Source: Stellaceae bacterium
Lineage (GTDB): Bacteria > Pseudomonadota > Alphaproteobacteria > ATCC43930 > CGMCC-115725
Assembly: GCA_035642295.1 (NCBI GenBank)
Contig: DASQSR010000124.1
Coordinates: 1 to 43,582 of the forward strand
Reading direction: 5' to 3'
DNA length: 43,582 nucleotides
A program made the position numbers and the translations under genes. Below are positions 29,188-36,866 of the stretch, one piece after another. The notes beneath the pieces were generated by a model, which was not told where the DNA came from, ran no database searches, and saw nothing but the letters and a program-made list of their open reading frames with translations. Positions within the stretch are counted from its first letter, which is position 1, and every line of letters begins with the position of its first letter.

Positions 29188-29244
29188 CACCGGCGGCGGC
29201 GCTGTCTATCGGCGGGGGAACGAAGCGTCGAGGGGGAAGCCGCG

Positions 29245-30744
29245 ATGAAAATTGCCTTTGCCGAGCCCGGCCGGCCGAAATCCGGCACCATCGTCGTCGG
29301 TGTGCTGGAAGACAGGAAGCTGACGCCGACGGCCGCGGCGCTCGACAAGGAAACCGGCGGGGCGCTGCAGCGCGCCATCGCGGCGAGCCGCTTCACCGGC
29401 CGGAAAGACGAGGTCCTGGGCGTGCTCGCGCCGCCCCAGCTTGCGGTCGGGCGCGTCATGCTGCTGGGCCTCGGCAAAGCGGCGGCACTCGACGAAGCGG
29501 CCATGCAGGGTCTCGGCGGCAATATCGTCGCGCAGCTCAACGGCGTCGGCGAAAGCGAAGCGGCGGTGATGCTCGACCGCGTCGAGGGGATGAAGCCGAA
29601 GCCGGCCGAGGCTGCCGCCCATCTCGCTTTCGGTGCAACCCTGCGCGCCTACCGCTTCGATCGCTATCGCACCAAGGAGAAGCCGGATCAGAAGCCGAGC
29701 CTCAAGACGCTGACGGTGATGAGCCGCGAGGCCGCAGCCGCGCGGCGCGCCTTCGCGCCGCTGAAGGAGGTGGCGGAAGGCGTCTTCCTCACCCGCGATC
29801 TCGTCTCCGAGCCGGCCAACGTCATCTATCCCGAGACATTGGCGGCGGCGGCGCGCCAGCTCGGCAAGCTCGGCGTCGCGGTCGAGGTGCTCGACGAGCG
29901 GCAGATGAAGAAGCTCGGCATGAACGCGCTGCTCGGCGTAGGGCAGGGGAGCGTCAGGCCGCCGCGTCTCGTCGTCATGCAGTGGAAGGGCGGTGGCCGC
30001 GGCAAGGCGGCGCAGCCGGTGGCGTTCATCGGCAAGGGCGTCACCTTCGACACCGGCGGCATCTCGATCAAGCCCGCCGACGGCATGTGGGACATGAAGT
30101 GGGACATGGGCGGTGCCGGCGTCGTCATCGGCCTGATGCGCGCGCTCGCCGGGCGCAAGGCCAGGGTCAATGCCGTCGGCGTCATCGGCCTGGTCGAGAA
30201 CATGCCATCGGGCGCGGCCCAGCGTCCCGGCGACATCGTCGCCTCGATGTCGGGCCAGACGATCGAAGTGCTCAACACCGATGCCGAGGGCCGGCTCGTG
30301 CTCGCAGATGCCCTCTGGTACTGCCAGGACCGCTTCAAGCCGAAATTCATGGTCGATCTGGCGACGCTCACCGGCGCCATCATCATCGCCCTCGGCAGCG
30401 AGCATGCCGGGCTCTTCAGCAACAATGACGAACTGGCGAGCCGCCTCGCCGAGGCGGGAGCCGGGGTCGGCGAGAAGATCTGGCGCCTGCCGCTCAACGA
30501 CGCCTACGACCGGATGATGGACAGCGACGCCGCCGACATCAAGAACATCAGCGGCGGACGCGACGCGAGCAGCATCACCGCGGCGCAGTTCCTGCAGCGC
30601 TTCGTCAACGGCGTGCCCTGGGCCCATCTCGACATTGCCGGCACCACCTGGTCCAAGAAGGACGCCGCCACGGTGCCCAAGGGGGCCACCGCCTTCGGCG
30701 TGCGGCTGCTCGACCGCCTCGTCGCCGAGCATTACGAAGGCTGA
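29245..30744 (+). CDS. pepA: leucyl aminopeptidase (M17)
   Basis: 499 aa. Metal and active-site blocks VENMPSGAAQRPGD and NTDAEGRLVLADAL. Confidence 0.95.
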   Translation: MKIAFAEPGRPKSGTIVVGVLEDRKLTPTAAALDKETGGALQRAIAASRFTGRKDEVLGVLAPPQLAVGRVMLLGLGKAAALDEAAMQGLGGNIVAQLNGVGESEAAVMLDRVEGMKPKPAEAAAHLAFGATLRAYRFDRYRTKEKPDQKPSLKTLTVMSREAAAARRAFAPLKEVAEGVFLTRDLVSEPANVIYPETLAAAARQLGKLGVAVEVLDERQMKKLGMNALLGVGQGSVRPPRLVVMQWKGGGRGKAAQPVAFIGKGVTFDTGGISIKPADGMWDMKWDMGGAGVVIGLMRALAGRKARVNAVGVIGLVENMPSGAAQRPGDIVASMSGQTIEVLNTDAEGRLVLADALWYCQDRFKPKFMVDLATLTGAIIIALGSEHAGLFSNNDELASRLAEAGAGVGEKIWRLPLNDAYDRMMDSDAADIKNISGGRDASSITAAQFLQRFVNGVPWAHLDIAGTTWSKKDAATVPKGATAFGVRLLDRLVAEHYEG

Positions 30745-31196
30745 TGGCCGAAATCGGCTTCTATCACCTGCGCAGCATGCCGCTCGAGCGCGCGCTGCCG
30801 AGCATCCTTGAGCGCGGCGTCGCGGCCGGGCATCGCATCGTCGTCATTGCCGGGTCGAGCGAGCGGGTCGAGCACCTCAATGATCTCCTGTGGACTTACA
30901 GCGATGCGAGCTTCCTGCCGCATGGCAGCGCCCGCGACGGCAATGCCGAGCGCCAGCCGATCTGGCTTACCGCCGGCGACGAGAATCCGAACGCCGCGAC
31001 GATGGTGGTGCTGGTGGATGGCGCGAGCTCGGCCGGCCTCGCCGGCTATCAGCGTTGCTGCGACATCTTCGACGGCAATGACGCGTCGGCGGTGGAAGCC
31101 GCGCGGCAGCGCTGGAAAGCGGCGAAGGAAGCCGGCCATCAGCTCGTCTATTGGGAGCAAAGCGACGGGAAGTGGGAGAGGCGCAGCACCGGGTAG
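30744..31196 (+). CDS. holC: DNA polymerase III subunit chi
   Basis: 150 aa. MAEIGFYHL...LNDLLWTY...FLPHG pattern typical of chi. Its start overlaps the pepA stop by 1 nt (TGATG). pepA-holC linkage matches E. coli. Confidence 0.85.
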   Translation: MAEIGFYHLRSMPLERALPSILERGVAAGHRIVVIAGSSERVEHLNDLLWTYSDASFLPHGSARDGNAERQPIWLTAGDENPNAATMVVLVDGASSAGLAGYQRCCDIFDGNDASAVEAARQRWKAAKEAGHQLVYWEQSDGKWERRSTG

Positions 31197-31200
31197 CCCG

Positions 31201-31229
31201 TTGCTGCGGTGCAGCAGAGCCGCTATAAC
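31201..31229 (+). promoter_or_regulatory. predicted sigma70-type promoter for ndk
   Basis: TTGCTG, a 17-nt spacer, then TATAAC. The -10 hexamer ends 39 nt upstream of the ndk ATG. Hexamer match by eye only. Confidence 0.3.
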
Positions 31230-31268
31230 CCGCGGCAAAATTCCCAGCCCTGCAGGAGTTGCCCGCCC

Positions 31269-31691
31269 ATGGCCGTCGAACGCACCTTGTCGATCATCAA
31301 GCCGGACGCGACGCGCCGGAACTTGACCGGCAAGATCAATGCCCGCTTCGAGGAGCGCGGCCTTCGCATCGTGGCGCAGAAGCGGCTGCGCCTCTCGCGC
31401 AATGAGGCCGAGCGGTTCTATGCCATCCATCGCGAGCGGCCCTTCTTCAAGGATCTCGTCGCCTTCATGACGTCCGGCCCGGTGGTGGTGCAGGTGCTCG
31501 AAGGCGAGAACGCGGTGGCGGCCAACCGCGACATCATGGGCGCGACCAATCCCGCCAATGCCGCGCCCGGCACGATCCGCAAGGATTTCGCCGAATCGAT
31601 CGAGGCGAACTCGGTGCACGGCTCGGATTCCGCCGAGAACGCCCGGGCGGAGGTCGCCTTCTTCTTTGCCGACAGCGAGATCTGTCCGTAA
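31269..31691 (+). CDS. ndk: nucleoside-diphosphate kinase
   Basis: 140 aa from the ATG at 31269. [11 protein letters not shown], with the active-site His in NSVHGSDS. Confidence 0.97.
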   Translation: MAVERTLSIIKPDATRRNLTGKINARFEERGLRIVAQKRLRLSRNEAERFYAIHRERPFFKDLVAFMTSGPVVVQVLEGENAVAANRDIMGATNPANAAPGTIRKDFAESIEANSVHGSDSAENARAEVAFFFADSEICP

Positions 31692-31695
31692 CGCT

Positions 31696-32079
31696 TTAAT
31701 GGACGCGCGGCGTTTCGCGCATCAGCAGCGGGCTCGCGTGATGGTGGAGGAGGCGCCAGGCGCCGTCCTCCTTGATGAAGATGTTGGTGGCGGCGAGATG
31801 GCCGCCGGCGAGTTCTTCTTCGCACAGCACGATGGCGATCGAGCCGTAGACGAAGGCGACATCGTCATGGCACATCACCCGCGGCGCGTCGGGATTGCTG
31901 AGGATCTCGCGCCAGCTCGCCATCACCGTGCTGCGCCCGGCGAGCGGCATCCAGCCAGGATGAGTGCAGAGCACCGGCGCCTGGCGCGCCCAGAGCCGGT
32001 CCATGGCCGCGAGATCGCGGCCGGTGAAGGCGCGGTAGAATTCGAGATTGGCGGCGAGGACCGCATCGTTCTCGGTCAT
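31696..32079 (-). CDS. NTF2-like / SnoaL-like (DUF4440-type) small protein
   Basis: 127 aa from the ATG at 32079. The pattern LAANLEFYRAFTGRDLAAMDRLWA...ATNIFIKEDGAWRLLHHHASP is typical of the NTF2-fold family. Confidence 0.7.
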   Translation of the reverse strand: MTENDAVLAANLEFYRAFTGRDLAAMDRLWARQAPVLCTHPGWMPLAGRSTVMASWREILSNPDAPRVMCHDDVAFVYGSIAIVLCEEELAGGHLAATNIFIKEDGAWRLLHHHASPLLMRETPRVH

Positions 32080-32140
32080 GGCGCGGCGCTCCTTGGACTG
32101 AGGGTGCGCCGCCGATGATGCGGCAGCGGCGCGGCCGAGG

Positions 32141-32467
32141 CTAGGGCGCACAGCGCTTCAGCGCGGCGAGCCGGGCAAGCTCGGCGTCGCGCTGGTGCAA
32201 CGCCTGCGCTGCCGGCTGCCCGTCGAGGCTGGCGAGGCTCTGGGCGATGGCGCCCCGCTCGGTGGCGATCGTGTCGCAGGTCATCACCGCATCGGCCTGG
32301 GTGGAGCTCTCCGAGACCGCGGGGTCGGGCTGCCCGCTGTCGGCGGCGGGGATCACCGGGCGCATCGGGACGTCGATGGCGCCACAGCCTGCGAGGGCGA
32401 GGACGAGCACCAGGGCGAGCCGAGCGCGCCGGCGACAGGCCATCGGCCGCTGTCCGCGTTTTGTCAT
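32141..32467 (-). CDS. small hypothetical lipoprotein
   Basis: About 108 aa from the ATG at 32467 (a later Met is possible). Lipobox LVLALAGC. The mature part has two Cys residues (MTCDT, KRCAP). Confidence 0.55.
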   Translation of the reverse strand: MTKRGQRPMACRRRARLALVLVLALAGCGAIDVPMRPVIPAADSGQPDPAVSESSTQADAVMTCDTIATERGAIAQSLASLDGQPAAQALHQRDAELARLAALKRCAP

Positions 32468-32667
32468 GTCCGACCATCTCCGAGCGCAACGCTCGTGGCA
32501 ACTTAACATCTTGTAATCTCAAGGAATTGCCCAAACCGAGGAAACGCCGGCAAGGGCCGGCCGCAAACGCCGCGGGACCGGCGGTAAGCCTCCTTGGCTT
32601 AAGGGGGATTGCCGGCGGCGGCAATCTCCAATACCTCTCTGCGGCCATAAGTCCAGGAGGAGCCCGC

Positions 32668-34338
32668 ATGAGCCGCCGCACCGGCGCCCAGGTTCTCGTC
32701 GATCAGCTCAAGATCCACGGTGCCGAGACCATCTTCTGCGTGCCGGGCGAAAGCTACCTCGCCGTGCTCGATGCGCTCTACGATGCCAATTCCATTCGCC
32801 TCGTCACCTGCCGACAGGAAGGCGGCGCGGCGATGATGGCGGACGCCTATGGCAAGCTCACCGGCGAGCCCGGTCTCTGCATGGTGACGCGCGGTCCCGG
32901 CGCGACCAACGCCAGCGCCGGGCTCCATGTCGCGATGCAGGATTCGACGCCGCTCATCCTGTTCATCGGCCAGGTGGCGCGCGATACGGTGGAGCGCGAA
33001 GCCTTCCAGGAGATCGACTACCGCCGCATGTTCGGTCAGCTCGCCAAATGGGTGGCGGAGATCGACGATCCCCGTCGCATTCCCGAGTTCCTGAGCCGCG
33101 CCTATTACACCGCGACCAGCGGCCGCCCCGGCCCGGTGGTTCTGGCCCTGCCCGAGGACATGCTGACCGAAGAGGTCGAGACCGCCGACGCGCAGCCTTA
33201 CCGCCGCGTCGAGACCTGGCCGGGCGAGGCGCCGATGGCGCGGCTCGCCGAGCTGCTGCGCGCCGCCCGACGGCCCTTCCTGCTGCTCGGCGGCAGCGCC
33301 TGGGATGCCGACGCCGTCGTCGCCATCGAGCGCTTTGCCGCCGCCAACGCTTTGCCCGTCGGCTGCGTCTTCCGCCGCCAGGACCGCTTCGACAATGCGC
33401 ATCCCTGTTATGCCGGCGATGTCGGCATCGGCATCAATCCCAAGCTGGCGCAGCGCATCAAGGACTCCGATCTGCTGATCGCGGTGGGGCCGCGGCTCGG
33501 CGAGATGACCACCGGCGGCTACACCCTCCTCGACATTCCGACGCCGGCGCAGCCTCTGGTCCATGTCCATGCCGATCCCGAAGAGCTCGGCCGGGTCTAC
33601 CAGCCGGCGCTGGCCATCAACGCCACGCCGCGTGCTTTCGCGCGCGCCGCCGCGGCCTTGCCGGCGGTCGCGAGGCCGCCTTGGGCGGACGCGACGGCGG
33701 CGGCGCATCAGGACTATCTCGCGTTCCGCCGCCCGCCGCGCTCGCCCGGCGAGATCCAGATGGGCGAGATCGTGCTCTGGCTCGACGAGCACTTGCCGGC
33801 CGACGCGATCTTCACCAACGGTGCCGGCAACTTCGCCACCTGGGTCCATCGCTTCCGCCAGTATCGCCGCTTCGGCTCGCAGCTCGCGCCGACCAGCGGC
33901 TCGATGGGCTACGGTTTCCCGGCGGCGGTGGCGGCCAAGCTCCGCCATCCCGATCGCGCCGTCATCTGCGTCGCCGGCGATGGCGATTTCCTCATGACCG
34001 GGCAGGAACTGGCGACCGCCGTCCATCACCGGCTCGGCGTCATCGTGCTGGTGGTCAACAACGGCATGTACGGCACCATCCGCATGCATCAGGAGCGCCA
34101 CCATCCCAACCGCGTCATCGGCACTGCGCTGCACAATCCCGATTTCGCCGCGCTGGCGCGGTCTTATGGCGCCCATGGCGAAGTGGTCGAGCGCACCGCC
34201 GATTTCCCTGCCGCCTTCGAGCGCGCCCGCGCCGCCGGCGGTCCGGCCATCCTCGAGCTCCGCCTCGATCCCGAGGCGCTCACCATCCGCCAGTCGCTCT
34301 CCGAGATCCGCGCCGCGGCGCTCGCCGGCGGCCATTGA
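32668..34338 (+). CDS. thiamine-diphosphate-dependent enzyme, acetolactate-synthase-like family (substrate unknown)
   Basis: 556 aa from the ATG at 32668, preceded by aggagg. Catalytic-Glu block PGESYLAVLDAL. ThDP-binding motif GDGDFLM...NNGMYGTI. Confidence 0.9.
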   Translation: MSRRTGAQVLVDQLKIHGAETIFCVPGESYLAVLDALYDANSIRLVTCRQEGGAAMMADAYGKLTGEPGLCMVTRGPGATNASAGLHVAMQDSTPLILFIGQVARDTVEREAFQEIDYRRMFGQLAKWVAEIDDPRRIPEFLSRAYYTATSGRPGPVVLALPEDMLTEEVETADAQPYRRVETWPGEAPMARLAELLRAARRPFLLLGGSAWDADAVVAIERFAAANALPVGCVFRRQDRFDNAHPCYAGDVGIGINPKLAQRIKDSDLLIAVGPRLGEMTTGGYTLLDIPTPAQPLVHVHADPEELGRVYQPALAINATPRAFARAAAALPAVARPPWADATAAAHQDYLAFRRPPRSPGEIQMGEIVLWLDEHLPADAIFTNGAGNFATWVHRFRQYRRFGSQLAPTSGSMGYGFPAAVAAKLRHPDRAVICVAGDGDFLMTGQELATAVHHRLGVIVLVVNNGMYGTIRMHQERHHPNRVIGTALHNPDFAALARSYGAHGEVVERTADFPAAFERARAAGGPAILELRLDPEALTIRQSLSEIRAAALAGGH

Positions 34339-34364
34339 CGCCGCCGCGCGGCTGCATTGACGAG

Positions 34365-34463
34365 GTGCGTCCTTCGACAAGCTCAGGATAAGGACGTTTC
34401 TTTGCGGCATTTGCCGAATGCCATCCTCGGTTCGCCTCATCCTGAGCCTGTCGAAGGACGCAC
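34365..34463. repeat. palindromic REP/MITE-like intergenic element (25-bp inverted-repeat arms, 49-nt spacer)
   Basis: Left arm gtgcgtccttcgacaagctcaggat (34365-34389). Right arm atcctgagcctgtcgaaggacgcac (34439-34463). The arms are reverse complements at 24/25 positions. Inner 5-bp hairpin ggcat/atgcc (34406-10 / 34418-22). The translations (LRQAQDK / PHPEPVEGR) are the peptide signatures I recall from spurious ORFs over such repeats in Alphaproteobacteria. Confidence 0.7.
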
Positions 34464-34550
34464 GACGGAATTGCAGTTGTCAGAGCGCGGAGTTGGGCCG
34501 CCGCTTGGGTTGAGGTATCATCGTCTGGCGACACGGGTGAGGAGGCTCCC

Positions 34551-35507
34551 ATGGCACGCATGCGCGATTTCGTCCCCGCCGGCGTCATTCCCGCGTGCCT
34601 TCTGCCCTTCGATGAGGACTTCGCCATCGACGCGGCGGAATACCGGCGGCATCTGCGCGACGTCGCCGCGGTCCCGGGCCTTTCCGCCATCACGACGAAT
34701 GCGCATGCCTCCGAGGTGCATGCCTGCAGCTTCGACGAGCAGCGCCTCGTGCTCGATCTCACCCTCGCCGAGATCGGCGATCGCCTGCCGGTGATCGCCG
34801 GCGTCTACGCCGATGGCAGCCTTGCCGCGGCGGAGATTGCGCGGATGGCGCAATCGGCCGGCGTTGCCGCGCTGCTGGTCTTTCCGCCCAACAGCATGAG
34901 CATGGGCGGCCAGCTCCGCCCGGAGATGGCGCTCGCCCATTTCAGCCGCATCGCCGACGCCACCGACCTGCCGCTCATCCTCTTCCAGTATCCGATGACG
35001 AGCGGCCTCGGCTACCCGTTCGAGACGCTGCTCCGCGTCGTCGACGCTGTGCCCAGCGTGCGTGCGGTGAAGGACTGGTGCGCCGATCCGATGCTGCATG
35101 AGCGGCATGTCCGCACGCTGCAAGGCTTGCCGCGGCCGGTGAACGTGCTGACGACGCACAGCGCCTGGCTCATGAGCTCGCTGGTGCTCGGCTGCCGCGG
35201 TCTCCTCTCCGGCGCCGGCAGCGTCATCGCCGACTTGCAGGCAGCGCTCTGGCGCGCGGTCGACGCGAAGGACCTGGCGACGGCGCAGGCGGTCAACGAC
35301 CGCATCTATCCCGTCGTCCAGGCCTTCTACGCGCCGCCCTTCCTCGACATGCACAACCGCATGAAGGAGGCGCTGGTGCTGCTCGGCCGCTTGCGCCGCG
35401 CCGTGGTCCGGCCGCCGCTGATGAAGCTGCCCGCCGCCGAGATCGCGCGGCTCGCCGCGGCGCTCAAGGAGGCGGGCCTCGCCGCCGCCGGCGACCTCGC
35501 CGCGTGA
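34551..35507 (+). CDS. dihydrodipicolinate synthase / N-acetylneuraminate lyase family protein (divergent member)
   Basis: 318 aa, with gaggagg RBS. By eye it aligns to DapA: the Tyr block FQYPMTSG and the Schiff-base Lys block AVKDW are present, but the GTTGE motif is replaced by TNAHASE. Confidence 0.85.
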   Translation: MARMRDFVPAGVIPACLLPFDEDFAIDAAEYRRHLRDVAAVPGLSAITTNAHASEVHACSFDEQRLVLDLTLAEIGDRLPVIAGVYADGSLAAAEIARMAQSAGVAALLVFPPNSMSMGGQLRPEMALAHFSRIADATDLPLILFQYPMTSGLGYPFETLLRVVDAVPSVRAVKDWCADPMLHERHVRTLQGLPRPVNVLTTHSAWLMSSLVLGCRGLLSGAGSVIADLQAALWRAVDAKDLATAQAVNDRIYPVVQAFYAPPFLDMHNRMKEALVLLGRLRRAVVRPPLMKLPAAEIARLAAALKEAGLAAAGDLAA

Positions 35508-35513
35508 CGGCGC

Positions 35514-36788
35514 TCAGCCGGCGTGCCGCAGATGGCGCCGGCGCAGCTGCCGGAGCGCCGTGATGGCGAGCAGGGCGGTGATGAGATCGAGGCAAGCGAC
35601 GATGACGAAGACCGCCGTCCAGCTTCCCGTCGCCTGCTTCAGATAGGCCGCCGCCGGACCGCCGAAGATCGAGCCGACGCCCTGGGCGATGTAGAGGAAG
35701 CCGTAATTGGTCGCGGCGAATTTCGGCCCGAAGGTGTCGGTGAGCGTCGACGGGAAGAGCGAGAAGATCTCGCCCCAGCCGAAGAAGACCAGGCCGGTCA
35801 GCACCACGAACATCACGGGTTTGTCGATGAAGGCGAAGAGCACCAGGATCGCCGCGGCCTCGAGCGAGAAGGCGAGCGCCATCGTCGCTTCGCGCCCGAT
35901 ATGGTCGGAGATCCAGCCGAAGAACGGCCGCGTCAGCCCGTTGGTGACGCGCGACAGGGTCAGCGACAGCGGCAGCGCGCCCATCAGCCCCAGCACCATC
36001 ACGCCCGCCACCTTGAACTCCTTGGCAAACGGGCCGACGTTCGAGACCACCATGAGGCCGCTCGTCGACATCATCGTCATCATGACGAAGAGCAGCCAGA
36101 AGATCGGGCTCTGCAGCATCTCCAAGGGCGCGTAGCTGCGCCGCGTCTGCAGCTCGAGCTTCATCACCTCCGGATCGTAGCCCGGCGGCTTGTAGCCCTC
36201 CGGCGGGACGCGCAGGCCGAGCGCGGCGATGACGCCGATGGCGCCCTGGATCAGGCCCCAGACGACGAGCGTATGGGCATAGCCTGAGCTGCGGATCATG
36301 CTGTCGATGGGGAAGCTGGTGAAGAACGCGCCGAAGCCGTAGCCGGCGGCGGCAAGACCGGTCGCGAGCCCGCGCCGGTCCGGGAACCAGCGCACCATCA
36401 ATCCGATGATGCCGACATAGATGATGCCCGTGCCGAAGCCGCCGATGACGCCATAGGTGAGATAGAGCGTGCCGAGGCTGCTGGCGAAAGCGGCCAGCAC
36501 CCAGCTCCCGCCGGACAGGACCGCCCCCGCGGCGATGAGGTTGCGCGGCCCGAAGCGGTCGACGAGATAGGCCTGCAGCGGCGACAGGAAGGTCTGCAGG
36601 ATGATCAGCAGCGAGAAGGTCCATTGCAGCTCGGCGAGCGTCGTGCCGAGCTTCTGGTTGAGCGGGCCGGTGAACAGGGTCCAGGTGTATTGCGGGCTCG
36701 AGATCGCCATCATCGCGACCACCCCGCAGAGCAATTGGCGCCAGCGGGTTCCCGCCGCCTCGCCCGTCGTCATCGCGGTTACCGACAT
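35514..36788 (-). CDS. MFS transporter, oxalate/formate antiporter (OFA, OxlT-like) family
   Basis: 424 aa from the ATG at 36788. By eye clearly similar to OxlT blocks (QYTWTLF, YLVDRFGPR, RWFPDRRGLATGLAAAGYGFG, FFGWISDHIGR, LFPSTLTDTFG...NYGF). Confidence 0.88.
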   Translation of the reverse strand: MSVTAMTTGEAAGTRWRQLLCGVVAMMAISSPQYTWTLFTGPLNQKLGTTLAELQWTFSLLIILQTFLSPLQAYLVDRFGPRNLIAAGAVLSGGSWVLAAFASSLGTLYLTYGVIGGFGTGIIYVGIIGLMVRWFPDRRGLATGLAAAGYGFGAFFTSFPIDSMIRSSGYAHTLVVWGLIQGAIGVIAALGLRVPPEGYKPPGYDPEVMKLELQTRRSYAPLEMLQSPIFWLLFVMMTMMSTSGLMVVSNVGPFAKEFKVAGVMVLGLMGALPLSLTLSRVTNGLTRPFFGWISDHIGREATMALAFSLEAAAILVLFAFIDKPVMFVVLTGLVFFGWGEIFSLFPSTLTDTFGPKFAATNYGFLYIAQGVGSIFGGPAAAYLKQATGSWTAVFVIVACLDLITALLAITALRQLRRRHLRHAG

Positions 36789-36866
36789 AGGCTCTCTCCC
36801 CCGTTTGACTTGACAGCGCGGCGCCGCTAGCGACAGTGCCCAGTTCCGGCATCCGCACCACCAAGA

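Noticed and set aside
25000-29190. Two very long minus-strand ORFs (25000..27312, 770 aa; 27322..29190, 622 aa) opposite lptF and membrane proteins A and B, which could have been taken as the real genes of the unknown region.
   Set aside because: Their translations are dominated by Arg, Gly, Gln, Glu and Pro runs (for example RRRR, QQRDQ) with no hydrophobic or domain structure. The plus-strand frames show regular transmembrane helices and third-position G/C bias. I therefore call the plus-strand genes.
32668-34338. Considered calling the ThDP enzyme oxalyl-CoA decarboxylase because of the nearby OxlT-family transporter.
   Set aside because: As far as I can recall, its N-terminal and ThDP-motif regions look like the acetolactate-synthase-like branch rather than Oxc. 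No formyl-CoA transferase gene is present, and the transporter is on the opposite strand two genes away.
34357-34794. 145-aa ORF starting in the intergenic region and running into the DapA-like gene in another frame.
   Set aside because: Its N-terminus (VLRQAQDK...PHPEPVEGR) is simply the translation of the palindromic repeat arms. The rest overlaps a well-supported gene out of frame.
36805-36838. Tandem TTGACT/TTGACA -35-like hexamers (36805-36815) upstream of the GGT gene.
   Set aside because: I found no convincing -10 hexamer at 16-18 nt (only ctagcg or acagtg), so I do not report it as a promoter feature.
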